Assembly (NCBI GenBank): GCA_009602725.1
Contig: WELB01000006.1
Location: forward strand, 722,344-786,343
Length of the DNA: 64,000 bases
Reading direction: 5' to 3'
Source: Spirogloea muscicola
Lineage: Eukaryota
Part shown: in pieces, positions 36,501 through 52,270 of the stretch
Layout of the letters: each line of letters begins with the position of its first letter
How positions within the stretch are numbered: position 1 is the first letter of the stretch
Notes under the pieces: model-generated
Seen by the model: the letters and a program-made list of their open reading frames with translations, nothing else
Database searches by the model: none
What the model was told of the DNA's origin: nothing
Made by a program: the position numbers and the translations under genes

Positions 36501-39500
36501 TATGGTTGTCTGAACCGGGCTGACAAGAAGCCAGTCACGCAGGTCAGTTGTTCTGACTGCATTGCTGTATCCTTCAATTGCAGGACAGGCTGTTAGGTTA
36601 AATTGGCATATAGAAAGAGAACTTGCATGCATTATATGCACTCTGATGCAGAGCAAAACCAAGAGCGTGTAGATTGGCAGACACTCTGCATCTGAGAGGG
36701 ACTCATGGTCGAGAATGGTTGAGAATGTACAGCTGGCAGATGCTGCAAGTAGGTCCTACATGAAAGCATCACTCAGCAGTATCTTTCTGCGGATCAAAGA
36801 AACAGGTATAATGAGATCAGATATAAGTAGATCTATTGTGTCTTCATCGCGCGTATCTCTTTGTTCTTCTGCTCTGAGCATCATAGACTTCTTCCACAAA
36901 TACCATGTCAAAGGGTTTGACGTCAGGAGTTATTGAGCTAAATGCACAACATTGAGCAGGATGTGTGCAGGATGAAGCTGAGATATAAGGCCTAACAATG
37001 TGCAGATTTTCAGTTGGAGTTGCTGCTCCACTCTCTTACATATGTGAAGGTGGGATGGTGGTCGTCGGAGTATGAGCCTTGATGTGATTACCATCATGAG
37101 TGGGTTGTACGACGTCAACTACTGGCCATCTCATGATACCTGTCTTCTTGCAGGCGAGTTGTGCAGAAGGCCTCCTACTTAAATCCATGTCCTGGATGAA
37201 TGTTGAGTCAATCATTTTGAGGTGCGAACGACTTCCTCACTCATGCATTATCTTACCAATCAGTATTGACACCATACTGTTATCATTCCAATCTGCAATG
37301 TGGGCCTGGTGCATGTGAATGTCGTGAACCTGTGTATGTGCCAGAGGATCAATGACCATCCTTTGCTCATGCAGAGATACCTTCTCTCAACAATCGTGTG
37401 TGCTCATTCAGCCTGGAGCGAGCGAGCGTCAGTTAACCCCCAAGGTCGCTCCCTCCTTTGGTATGTCATTTGCCCCTCCTTTCTGTCCAAGTCTTCTGTC
37501 CAAACTGCAGTAAGTGCATGTGTGTAGCACGTTGTTCTGTAATAAGTCCCACCACCAGCTTCCGAGTACTAAAATTCCTTATGCGCACCACTGGTGCAGC
37601 CAATGACGCGCTCTGGCCCAGAATTTATCCTTTAGCATTGCAAAAGGATGATATGCCTGAGGGCATAGGAAGGCAATTAATGACGATCTTCTCCACTCAG
37701 ACCACACCCACACCAGCTCCTCCTGCAGTGGCTTCGCAGCTTGTCTTGTACATTCGCCCCCTAGAGGTGCTCACTACACAGAGTCACTGCCCTTGACTTT
37801 CTTTTGCATCCCAGCGACCAGCTATAGCACATACTTATAGACGTCACTCAATGCTCTCCTTCACAAATGAAGCTAAATTAAGGACAAGGAACTGACATGG
37901 CCGATGCCACTTTCAGGTTCATTTGCAAGAGGAGGCCTGTCTGCGAATCGCGTCACTCCTTGCCGATAGCATGACAGGAGGGAAAGGGACAACCACTTCT
38001 ACCCCCTGCCTTCAGTACATATTATTATGCTTAGATGATTTTGACCTCATCCTGCCCATCAGTGGTGACGAAGAAGTCTCCACGACCTCGACGGCCTCTG
38101 CAACAGAGGGTGCAACCACATTGCTGACTATGCATTCAACGTTCTCCAACCGTGAGCGCTTCACAGGAGCCAGATTACACCTACAAGACTTGGTGATTTG
38201 TGAGGACCCCTCTTTGCGCTTCCGCCTGCTCCAGGTTGAGAAGGACGCTGCGTGCTTCTCTCTGTGGCCAGATCAACCAGTAAACACTAGCTCGATGCGC
38301 ATTTCCATGTCCGCTGGAACCATTACGTTCGCATTAGAATCTGAAGGTGACAGCAGCCTGTGGTGGTGCGTGGAGGCTTACGAGTGGGCGGCAGAGATAG
38401 CCATGGTCACCGCCGATGGTTCACCCTTGGATTTGCTGCCGCCACCCGGAGGCGTAGTCAGGTTGGGCATATATTGCAAGCACTACGTGTCCAACACTTC
38501 TAAAGCACAGCTAGCCTTTGTGCTAAGGATGTACTCATACCTTGGAAGGGTGAGCAGGACATTGGTCAGGGTGGGCAAGGGCAAGGAACAAGTCCTGGAT
38601 CCCAAAATGGGCTTGCAAAGCCTCGAAAAGAGGCGGCACAAGAATGTGGCAAGGAGCGATTCGTCTTTGACTGAGCTGGTGGCTCTGGCACCAGGCGACA
38701 GCTCGTTCCTCTTCAAGCTGGACATGCTGGAGTTGAAGCTACTCGATGGGGCCAAGAACCAGCTGGCCAGATTCCTTGGGGGCAGGCTGAGCACGACAAT
38801 CACCCACAGGTCTCTTGGGGGGGCAGCTGCAGTTACTTCTTCCCTACTCTGGCTGGATGTGAGGCTTGAGTTAGTGGACACTGCACTTTCTCCGCTTGCA
38901 CGGACGAGCGAAGCAGGAGGAGCATGCCATGCGGCCACGAACGAGGCTTCGTCCATCTCATCAACGCCTCGCATGCGGGCAGTGTTGTGGAAGGGAGAGT
39001 GCCAGGGCAGCATAAGAGGCACAGCTGGTGTCAGCTCCTCTTCAAGGCTCCCGTTCATTGACATGAATGTGGTTCATGTCATCCCTTTTAACGCCACAGA
39101 TGATTCGCACGAGCTCAGAATTTCGGCCAAAGTGGGTGGTGTAAGGCTGGGAGGCGGTATGGCATACAATGAGGCCTTACTCTACCACTTCGGAATTCTA
39201 CTCCCCGGAGCTACGCCTAGCAAAGACATTGTCAAGCTGGTCACCTTCCTGTACTCAGGAGAGTTGGCCAACATCTTCACCGACCCAATCATTCCCACTG
39301 GTAAGCTAATGATTGATTGATGATCCACTGATGCCGGTTGCTTTTAGATTCCTATCTCACCCCCAAGATAAACTATTGCATGACTCTGTAGAATGCTGTG
39401 CAGCAATTAAAATTGGCACACATGCCATATGAAACTGCTATCTGAGATATCATGTGACCACCAATTTTCCAGCAGTGTCTGAGCCCGCAGAGCTGGAGGA

Positions 39501-40839
39501 AGGGGAGGAGGCAAATTGGAAAGTCAACATGCCAAATGAGATGGACCTGGATCTGCAGCTGCTGGATTGGCTGTTTGCAATAGAAGGGGCACAGCTCGGC
39601 GTTAGTGGTGTACAAGGAGGTGTTGCAGACACTGAAATCGAACGAGAGGCCCAATGCTGGCACTCTCAGTTTCGAAGGGTACGCATCCTTGCCAAAAAGG
39701 CAGCTGCGACGCCCACAACAGCTGCTCCGCTGCAGGCTCTGAAGGTGGGTGCGGATATGACCCTCATATACAATGTACCTTCCGCAGTGAAGTGACACGG
39801 AAATCTTCTACCACGAGCTTGTCAATGCCGTCCTTTGGGTGCTGAATACTGACAGGTAACCTGCACCAGCACCTGGTGTGCAGGTCAGCATGGAGGGGCT
39901 GCAGGCGTTGAAACCACAGCTGTTGAAGGAGGCTGTTGGTAATGGCAGCAGAGACCCTCCTGTGAAGCCCCCCCCCAAGTCTGCATCCCTGGCCAACATG
40001 GGCATTGCGGGCCAGGACGGGCTTGACTTGGAGCTCAGACTGGTGAGCAGGAGTTCGCCGGCCACCGTGACGCTTGAGGCCACTTCCCCTAGCTATGCTG
40101 CTGGCACAGAGTGGGCAGTCGGAGACTGGTGCGTCGAGAGTGTACATGTGGCCATGACCCAGCCGGTGAGTGCTGCCAGCAATGCCCTTTGCTTTTGCTG
40201 TCATATCTTCCCAGGCATGCTGATGTTTTCATATCCTGCTTGAGTAATGGCAATACCATCTGCGTACTTCAACTTTACCCCAGTTTGAAGTGGAGGCTAC
40301 CCAAGCGGAGCTGCACCACCTGCTGGAGTTGGTGAAAGCGGAGTCGGCTGCCGCCAGCAGGATCGCTGCTGCCGTTCTCAATTTGCTGCAGATGGACAGT
40401 GCCGCTCCTCTTGCGCATTCTGCTGTCACGCAGTTCTTTGGGAGCAGTAAGCACTAAGTCCCATCTGAATGGCTGACACCCATACCTAGCATTGCACATC
40501 CGCTGCTTCCTTAGCTATATCCTGTTAGATAGACGTACCTGCAGGCTCGTCACCCTCTGATCTGGTTTTGCCTTCGTCTCAGGCGAGACAAGCAGGGATG
40601 ACGACCCTGGTGATGACCAGAAGGGCCTGACAAGCGTCGTCGACGCCGGCTGGAAGAAGATTGCTGCTGAAGCAGAGGCCGTGGTGACGCGGTCAACTGC
40701 ACTTTGCGACAAGCTCAGAAGGGCAGGGGAGGTGAAAGCAGGGGCTGCCCCAGAGTTGCCGTCCGAATTCGGCAGTGTAGAGGAGCTGGCTGAGCAGATG
40801 AGGCACCTAGAAGAGCTGCTCACTTCGCTCCGCAGATGA
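33546..40839 (+). CDS. Chorein-N domain bridge-like lipid transfer protein (UHRF1BP1/BLTP3/SHIP164-like, plant type), multi-exon
   Basis: MESLLAAALDSKLRYYLKTYSRDQFRLNGRTVQLSNL|ELNGLVLHAILGLPSTVHVAQAKVEKLEIK|LP..; SYGFADK|IADGMTVEVGTLNL; KLEWSCLSIDLLPHPDMF; DGAKRAFFGGERFLDNI; large exon 37917-39300; ends LEELLTSLRR*. Confidence 0.85.
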
Positions 40840-42326
40840 TATTGTCATGCCATTCTTGCGTTTATTAAGTACAGCTGATTGAGCATTGCATGCCTGAGCC
40901 CTCTTGTGCCTGAGCCCTCTTTGGAGCCAAGTTACCAGCTTAACTAATCAAAGGCCAGAGGTACCTCTGCAGCATCTTTTGTCTCCGCTTGAGCTTGGAT
41001 TCAACCTTCTTCACCAACACTGTTGCTTATTGTAGTCCAGATGCATTGTTCCTCATCACCAGAAGGAGACAGGACATAGCGCTCCTTGTTGGCAGGGACG
41101 CCAACCAAATCCACATTGTCGGTGAATGCATTTTCGATTATTTGTCAGCAAGGATGACATAGCTGACAGATGAGGCAAGTGAGGACCTCGCCCTGCTCAC
41201 GACGGATGCAATAAGCCCCCGAGATTGAAGACCCCACTACATGCATGCGCAGGGCACGTCTCGCAGACTTGCCCTGCATGCCTCACAGACTTGCCCTGCA
41301 TGCTCCAAGATGAAGCTCTAGTTGTGCCATTAAGCGAAGTTGAGCAATGCTCTACTTTCGATGGCTATCTAAGTGGAGCGATGGCTGGAAGGGGCCAGCG
41401 CCGAAGTAGATCAGGTTGGAGGCAAAGATGTGCAGGCCACAGCCAGAAGCTGTCAAGTTTGCCTTATCAGAGGTATGTGATGTCTTATACTGCAAGCGTT
41501 GCTAGTAGCATGCTTACTTGCAAAGGATTTCTCTGCCCCTCTGTCACCTCTAAGTACCCTCTAACCCTCTAAGTACCCTCAAATTTCCAGAGATACCTTC
41601 AGCTACTTCTTACTCAATGTGTGCCTTGCGGGTGAAAGACAATCTGCAATATCATCCGCATTCATCATTAATAATACATTCTCATATACAGATTGCACAC
41701 TCAATGCCTATTTGGTCTCTGCTAGGCCCCTTGCCTCAGTCATGTGCCTGTTAACTTGCAAACTACTGCGGCGAAAGGTGCAAAATATATCTTTCCTCTT
41801 GCTTGAGCAGTTAGCCTGTTTTCATTACTTCATCAACAATCAAGCAGACAGTGACACCCATAATGTCTTCAACTCCAACCACTTTTGCACAGCACGTAAA
41901 ATGTCCTACCAATGTGGACTCAAAATTCCTTAGCTAGAAATGCTTGAAGGACAGTGCGTTTTGGATTAATGGCGCAGGAATCAGACATGTGGCTCTGCTG
42001 AACGAACATATTGCACGGGGTCTCATGACTTCCATAACTTTGTTCCAACAATCCAACTAAGTAACTACCCCTTGTCCCAAGCTGAGTCCTTTCCGCAGCG
42101 TGCAAGATGAGCCACGCCACCGTCTGTCAAGTACCCAAGTCTGCCGCCTAGCCACCAGCATGTAGATGCATGCAAGCAGGAAGCAAGTGCTCATGAGCCT
42201 GCGCTGCTGCCGCAAGCGCTGCATGTGCTCCACTGCCCTCCTCTCCGCCTCTCCTAGGTGCACACCAGTATTGCCCGCAAAACTTGGCCAGCGGACCTGC
42301 ACCATAATCCCGAGTAACAGCACCAT

Positions 42327-45048
<2,722 letters not shown>

Positions 45049-45124
45049 TCAGCGTGAGCTGACGGTAGCCGCCTTGTCACGGCTTTGACCGCCGCGGGCC
45101 AGCCGAAACGAACCGCTCAGTCCC

Positions 45125-46430
45125 GTTGTACCTTGTCCTGGCTGGCTTTCCTGGGCTGGTCAGAAACCAGCCCAGAACAGCCATCGCCCTCTACTGGAAG
45201 ACTCTTTCTTCTTCTTCTTAGCACTCCGGCTCCTTCAGACCTTGTCCATTCCTTTGGGCTGGCCTCTCCCAGCCACCAGTTAATCTGGCCGCGCTTGCTT
45301 ATTTCAGGCTGGCGTCTCACAGCCCTCGCGCCCTTTGACGCGAAGCTAGCTTCTTTCTTGTCCAGTTGTTTCAGGCTGGCCTTTCACAGTCCTCGCCCCC
45401 TTCGGCAGGGCTTGCTTTCAATACACCTTACACACCCCTCTCCTTCCTGTTACCTTGGCCACCTTAGCATAGGGCTTCGTTCTGTATAGCCCCAGTTTTT
45501 GCACTAGCTTTTGCCTAGACACTGCATTGGCTTCAAGTTAGCCACCCTTTTATTCAGCGTGCACTGCGCACCTTCTCTCCTTTCTCTTTTCTCTTACAGC
45601 CCTCGCCCCCTTTGAGAAAGAAGCTCGCCTAATTTGAGAAGGTCGCTGGGAAAGGCCAGCCCAAAAAGAATGGACTAGGTCCAGCAGGGAAAGTAAGCTC
45701 ATCCAAAAGGGGCAAGGGCTGTGAAAGGCCAGCCCAGAAAGAATATACAAGGTCCGAAGGGGCCGGAAAGTGCTGAAAAAGAAGAGCTTATTTTCACAAC
45801 CCTCGCCCCGTTATGCTCACCCATAAGTACTAACGTAACACTCTCTGCTTTAGCCACCTTAGCATAGAGCTTCTTTTTATGTAGCCCCACAATTTGCACT
45901 AGCTTTTGCCTGAACAGTGGATTGGCTCAGAATGGCCACCCTCTCGTTTGGCACCGCGTGCCATCTCTCCTTGGAAGAGCCTTTACTTCTCTTGCAGCAG
46001 CCGCATTCACTTTTCCCTGGCCTTGTGGACGTCGTCACATTCTTCAGGCTTACTTTTATGGAATGGACCTTGTTCATTCGTTTTGGGCTGGCCACTTGCA
46101 GCAATCGCCTTACCTTGGAAAAGCTCTTTCTTCCTGGGCTGGCCTCTTGCAGCCATTGCCTTTCCTCGGAAGTGTTTCTCTGCAAGGAGACGCATGCAGG
46201 AGAGAAGGCGCGCGGTGCGCACGAAATTGGAGTGAGGCCAAAGCAAGCCAATCCTCTTTACTTGTTGTAAAGAGGAGCAGGGGATGCGAGCTTCGGAGAT
46301 CATAGGATATCATGATCGGCCCCATAATACGGCCTCAGAATTGGCCAGACAGGCAAGGCCGCCGATAGAATAAGCTCTTGCAAAGGGGCCGAGGGCTGTG
46401 AATAGCCATCCCATAACGAATGGACAAGGT
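45125..46430. repeat. Cluster of retroelement 3'-terminal modules (hairpin motif and second terminal motif) in both orientations
   Basis: GGGCTGGC..CAGCC modules at ~45150, 45240, 45305, 45370, 45645(-), 45710(-), 46080, 46130, 46385(-). Motif 2 (TTGCCT..ATTGGCT..GCCACCC..GCAC.GCG..CC.TCTC) at ~45510, 45905, 46200(-). Confidence 0.8.
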
Positions 46431-46583
46431 AGATAGAGAGCCCCGCCGACAGAGGCTCGGGGCATGCAAGCGCCTGAAGAGGAGGTCTGCGCAGCGAATC
46501 AAGCACAGCGGCACCAGATGCAGCTAAGCGAGCTCAATCTTCTCCCACACAGCAGCTGGTCAAAGTCAAAGTAGGATATGGAA

Positions 46584-46840
46584 CTACCAAAAATCGTTGC
46601 GCATCTGAATGCCAGACTTGATGTTGCCCAGAAGCCCCTCACTGTCACCACCTGTGGCGTTCTTAGCTTGGGACTTGAAAGTGTTGATGTCACTGCTGAC
46701 CTTGTTCTTCAACCCCTGGTCTCCACCTGACTGGCCTCCAAGACCAAAGAGGCCCCCTGATCGGCTCTGGGTAGCAATGCCAGCTGCAGACTTTGCACTG
46801 TTGATGTCGCTGCTAACCTTGTTCTTTGCCTGGCCCCCAT
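46584..46840 (-). pseudogene. Hydrophilic LEA-like repeat frame (possible small gene with a frameshift, or a gene fragment)
   Basis: Frame absent from the ORF track: GGQAKNKVSSDINSAKSAAGIATQSRSGGLFGLGGQSGGDQGLKNKVSSDINTFKSQAKNATGGDSEGLLGNIKSGIQMRNDFW*. The two KNKVSSDIN repeats differ only at synonymous positions. Confidence 0.5.
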
Positions 46841-47589
46841 TTCAACCCTGCAGCAAAAGCCACATGCAGCATCTGACGCGGCCCAACAATGCAAGGCAAG
46901 AGTTTGTGGAGCCTACCAAGACAGACAAAGTTGTGCACCATTCGTGCGCAGAGGAGGTGGGCCCCTGGAAGCTCGCCTGCTCAGCATTTTGTGGCCAGCT
47001 CCGAAAGGAGGTGCAAGGAGCTCCAGCCAGTGCTTATATGGCAGGAGCAAGCTTGTCCTGAGAGTGAAATGGTCACCATGCCAGATTGTACGTGTCACTG
47101 CCAGGACTGATGCCCACCTTGCTGTCACATGCCTGTCTGGCATGTGACACCGCGCTTGTCTAACGGTCCCTACCCTACACATCCTGCATAGCACTTGCAC
47201 TCTGATTTCTGGATTCTCAAGCTCAAGCATGTCCTGCCCCTTTGTACGCATTTAACCTGTGGTCAGAAGCCCCGGCATGGCGAGATTGTGGTTACCAAGT
47301 CTCTCAAGACAAAGTTGCCTCTCACTGCTTTCTGCTCCAGAAGCGGCTGTGCGTAAGGCAGTTGATTTGCTGCATAATTCATGAATCACACCCATGTCGC
47401 CTTTAGAAGACAGTGACTGGAGTTCCTTGATGTTCTGGCTTGCTCTGCTGCTGCTTGAATCAGATGCATAACGATGACCGTGCGGGGCTCCACTTATGCA
47501 GGTCGCCCACGAACATGTCTATGCAGTTGGTCAACCATGTCTTGGCTGCGCTTGCTAGATTTTGCTTTACTTGCACTTTCAAGGGCCAG

Positions 47590-47607
47590 TCTCTATATCT
47601 CTCTCTC

Positions 47608-47675
<68 letters not shown>

Positions 47676-47690
47676 NTCTCCCTCTCTCTC
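47590..47690. repeat. (CT)n microsatellite containing an N
   Basis: About 100 nt of CT dinucleotide repeat; N at 47676. Confidence 0.97.
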
Positions 47691-49254
47691 CCGGCCCCGT
47701 TGCACCGCATTTCGGTGTGGGCTGTCTTGAGCTATAAATTGCATCGATTACGACTCAGGCATTGTCAACGCACATCAGCTTGAGGGGGCTTCCACGATGA
47801 CTTCCTCTGACTCGGCTTCGTTGTCGTGGGTGGCCTTTGGAGACCTGTGCTGAGGCTCCTTGCAGAGGCTACGCAGAGAGACGGAGAGAACCCTTTAATC
47901 ATCTTATATGTCAGCCGCAGCATCCTAAAACTCATTCATGGTCACCTGCAAGAAATTGATCTGTGGGCCTCAGCACCCTCCCCTGACCACGCGTCTCAGT
48001 CGCACAACATCCTCTCTCCCCAGATCCCAGACAAAGCTCAGCCGGGTAGCTTAGCTTAGTCCTCATGCCTGGGGGGTCACGTCTCGCTCTGTCCAACTTG
48101 CGATCGTTTAGGGACCGTCTTTACAATTAGTATCTTGCTTTTTGCAATGTCCGGCCCCTTCAGACCTTGTCCATCCTTTTGGGCTGGCCTCTCACAGCCA
48201 CCAGTCAACTCGGAAGCGCTGTTTAGCTAGCATTCAGGGCTACTAAGCTTGCTCTCATTCAGGGCTACTAAGCTTGAACAGGGCCGGTGGCCTCTGCCGG
48301 ATGTGCTGTCGTCAGCCTCCTCTGCTTGCACCGTCCTGCTACGGTCCTCCCCTTAGGACTAGGCCGGCCACGTGCACTCTGGCGGAGCCCCACATTCAAG
48401 GCTCGTGGGGTGAGATTGATTACCTGAGCAAGCCCGGTGGCCACGATAACGGATGGGGTACTGTATGTAACCATCACAATGTATTTTGGTCTTTGATGCT
48501 TGGCTGATTAGGCCCCTTATGATTGCATGATTGTTGTGAAACTTTAGCTGCACATAAATGCATTGGACGACTCATCACCTACATTTCAGTGTAATAACGA
48601 GCAAGGGCCGGAGACACTGTGTCAGCTTGAGTACTCATTAACTTCATTGGCAGGAACTATGTGTCGCTAATACATGTCGTCGGACAGTTATTGGGTCGTA
48701 GATGCAGAGCTTTCTAGATGTTACCTGGCTCATGTCTCATGCTTATGGTCACCATTTCTGTGGTAGAAAACTCAAATGCAACGGTGCTCGGCGATTCCTG
48801 TGCTTTCAACTCTGACCAGCCATTTGTCCTTCTCCTACTATGCTTATCAAGAGAAGGATTCATAGACCAGTTTGCTTATAAGGGTTTGGAAGGACCTGAA
48901 TATATATGTAACATCTCGGCCCATTCACATGCAATAGGCAAGATGTAGACTCTTTGCTCTATGCAAGTCTAGAATCACATGCCACCAGGTACAGAAGGGC
49001 CTTCCTTACTTGCAGTCACTAGCAGTGACATGCAATGTCCTCTTGAAAATGTGGCAAGCCAGAATTGCAGGGCCCGGACTTTTAATGGCAGGAAGCTGCC
49101 TGTGCGGTCTGGTGTTCCGTGCCGCCGCGGCTGTCGATGCTTCATGCCAAGGCACGCCACGGCAAAAGTGGTCAGTTCTGGAGTGCAAGCTGCGGTTTCA
49201 GAAGCGCACTCCAAGCCCACATTTTGCCTGCACGCCGGTGCCCTATGCGCCCTA

Positions 49255-50550
49255 TCCGCCCTGCAGACATCCCTTCACACACGAATGGGCGGCCTGGGCT
49301 GCCGGTCACTTGAACAGACGGCGCAAGCAGCCTTTCTCGGTTGCTGGCACCAGGTTGCCTCCCTTCTCCCCTTGCGCTTCCCTTGTCTGGCTGGCCCTGC
49401 AGCCGAGGTGGAGGCGGGCTCCTTGGGATTCCACGTGCAATTGAGGAGCATCCGCGAGTCAGCAACCTGCTCCTTCCCCTCCCTGCAACCCCGCTTCACT
49501 CCATTCTCAGCGCTTGCCCAAGCATCAGACAAAGGGGCACAGGCCAGACTCGTTGCTGCAGTTGAGGATGAGCGTCGCAAGACATTGAGGAGGATGCCAG
49601 ATATCAGGACCAATCCAAGGAGTCTGGCACGTCTCACATGGCTTACAACACCTGGGGCAACAGACTGGCTCACAACGCACGCCATCAACAACGCATTCAA
49701 AATAAGCCCCGAGGCATATCGGAAGCTTCTCCAGCTGTTCCTAGGCCTGCCCCCAACTTGCCTGATTGGAGTAACTCAGCATGAGTGCGGCTTCCATGCG
49801 GAGGGCGGAGACCTTGCCACCCACATGCTGCGGTGTCCCACAGGCCCTGAGGTGGTGGGCGTCTATAATCACCTTCGGGACGCCCTGGCGGACCTGATGG
49901 GCGACGCCGGCTACCGCGCCATTGTGGAAGTGAGCAAATTTATGCCCATCACCACGGATTCCCAGGGACGCCATCACCGGCGCACCCTGGACATTGTGGG
50001 TGTACAACCTGGCGGAGGCCCACAAGCCTTGGTTGATATGGTGGTGACGGAGGCATACAAGAGTTCCGCATCGACGCACATTGCTGGCCACGCAGTGCGA
50101 GGTGCTGAGCAGAGAAAGCTCCGACACTACTCTGACTACCCCCACAGCGATCTTCTCCTGACGGCGGCAACTTACACTTTCGGCTGCATGGGTCCTCGCT
50201 TCCATACCCTACTGGAGAATATTGCAAGTCTGGGATATGCTCGACGTGAGGATGTGCTTCCAGCTCAGATGGGCATGCCAGCAGCCTACTTGTCATTCTT
50301 GAGACGTTTAGTGTCAGCTTGTCTGCAGCGAGCTCAGGCTCACGCGTTGCATCAGAAAGCTGGTCACGCCTTAGCTGGTAGCTCAAGAGCTTGTCGAGTG
50401 CCGTCTGGTCTTCGGGCATCAGTAAGCGACCCCTATGTGCTGACTTGTGGTTACTGAGCGGGTCAGCTTAGCAGCAGGTGACGTGCATTTGTGAATGTGC
50501 TTGGCCTTGTAACTTGGCCACACAGGCCCTCCATTTCGTAATACACTTTC
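49255..50550 (+). mobile_element. CRE-like non-LTR retrotransposon, 5'-truncated at the RT thumb, with open frame through zinc knuckle and RLE endonuclease
   Basis: QTSLHTRMGGLG (LP..GGLG thumb motif), AAFLGCW, ARL..LTTPGATDWL, HECGFH..THMLRC, YNHLRD, RRTLDIV..ALVDMVVTE..AEQRKLRHY, TFGCMG, SACLQRAQA..SDPYVLTCGY* (stop 50457). The 3' UTR resembles subfamily A. No RT core is visible upstream. Confidence 0.9.
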
Positions 50551-50599
50551 TACGCGCGCGGCCCCATCGCGCGCGCGCAAGCCTGGCGCCGCCAAAGAA

Positions 50600-52270
50600 A
50601 AGAAATTGCTCGCCCATAGAAAAAGAGAGAAGGCCCGCAGAGCCCATGAAATGAAAGGGAGACCAATTCAAGTCAATACTTTGTCCAGGCAGAGTCCAGT
50701 GCAAACTGAACATGGCTACGTAAAGAGGGGCTAGCAAAGCAAAGCCAGCCCAGACAATATCCAAAGGCCACAAAAAGGTGCCGAAAAGAAAAGACTACAC
50801 GACTAGACACGAAAGGATGCAGATGGAAGCTCAGTACCCAACAATACCCATGAGTGAGCAACAGCAAGTCAGAATAAGTCGAAGCTGAGAGGCCAGCCCA
50901 GAAGAAAAAATGAACAACAAGAAAGAAAACAACCTTTAACGCTCTTGAGGGGCGGTGCGCACATGGGACGGCCCGCCCGGTGCGGTGCAGGTGGCGGGTG
51001 GGTGCGGCGGCGCGGGCCCTTCCTCCACACGAGCGGCAGAGGGCGACGGGAGGGGCCGAAAGCTTCGCCCGTTCTTTCCGCCGTCACGAGCGCCGCCTTT
51101 TACAACGACAGGTCACGGTGAGGGCCGCCTGGGAGTGGCCCCCGCCAAAATCGGACGCGGTCCGCTGGTTGGTCGCCTTTGCTTCTTCATGCCTAAACAA
51201 CATGTATTGGCTTGGATTGGCCTTCTCAATCCTTGCGCACCTGCGCTCCTCCTCATTCTTCTCTCTCATTCTTCATGAGAGAGAAGGCTCGCGGTGCGCA
51301 TGAGAGAAGGCGCGCGCTTTCTCTCACGGTGCTCATGAAATGGAAGGGTGGCTAACTCAAGCCAATACATTGTTCAGGCAAGAACTTTTAGTAGTAGCAA
51401 TTGGGGCTACATGGAATGAAGCCCTGTGCTAAGGTGGCTAAGGTAACAGTGTGACGTTGATACCCACGGGTAAGCACATACAAGACCGACAAGCTGACTT
51501 GGGGAGCCGGAGCGCCGCCACGGAAGCCGGTGGCCAGACTTAGAGCGCGCCCAGCACGCTGATGAACAGCAGAGATTGCGTACGCTGCAATTCAAGCAAA
51601 GAAAAGTCGCACTGCGAGCTATCAGAAGTAGTGGTATAACTGTAAATTGCTGCAAAGGTCCACGACTCGCACATTGCATTCGCATGCCGGCCGTGCCCTC
51701 GCTGCGGACTCTGGCTCTGGCCTGGGGACTCGCTACCAGGAGCCCAGTTTCTCCGACCTGCGGCTGTTTAGCAGGGATTACTGAGTTTCCCGTTGCGTCG
51801 TCTTGTGTCTAGGTATGTCATTTTTCTTTTTGGCATCTTCTTGGCTCTTTGGGGTTTGTCCATTCTTCTCGGGCTGGCATCTGCCAGCCCCTCTTCTCTA
51901 TGGGCGCGCACTTTCTTGTAAAGCAAGAGCAGCATTCTGTACCTTGCAACTAATGCCTGCGGAACGCTAGTGTGTCCCAAGCTGCCCCCCGAGCTGGCCC
52001 CCGACTGCATATGAAATTAATGAATGCATGAAATGAAGGGTGGACAAATTAACCCAATGCATCGGTCAGGTAAAAAGTAGTGCAATATGGAGGAAGTGCT
52101 CGCCCACAAAAGGCAGGGGCTGGTAAAGGCCAGCCCAAGAAGAATGGACAAGGTCCAGCGAAAATTGGGCTACACGACACGAAGCCAAATTGGGCGAGTA
52201 TGCATCCGAAGGGGGCGAGGGTTGTAAGAAGCCAGCCCGAGAGAAGAATTGGCCAGGTCCGAAGGGGCCG
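50600..52270. mobile_element. Nest of retroelement 3' fragments and terminal modules upstream of the ACA gene
   Basis: LHSHAGRALAADSG..PSFSDLRLFSRDY* plus hairpin UTR (51660-51915, +); GHTSVPQALVARYRMLL (51920-52000, -, similar to 30700-30790); modules at ~50610, 50725, 50885, 51205, 51290, 52030, 52115, 52210. Confidence 0.75.

Noticed and set aside
47826..48059. Short protein-like ORF
   Set aside because: No true ATG start, no recognisable family and no supporting exon structure.
48979..49254. N-terminal part of the 492-aa ORF as an RT domain
   Set aside because: No YxDD or other RT motifs; it appears to be flanking DNA fortuitously in frame with the truncated element.
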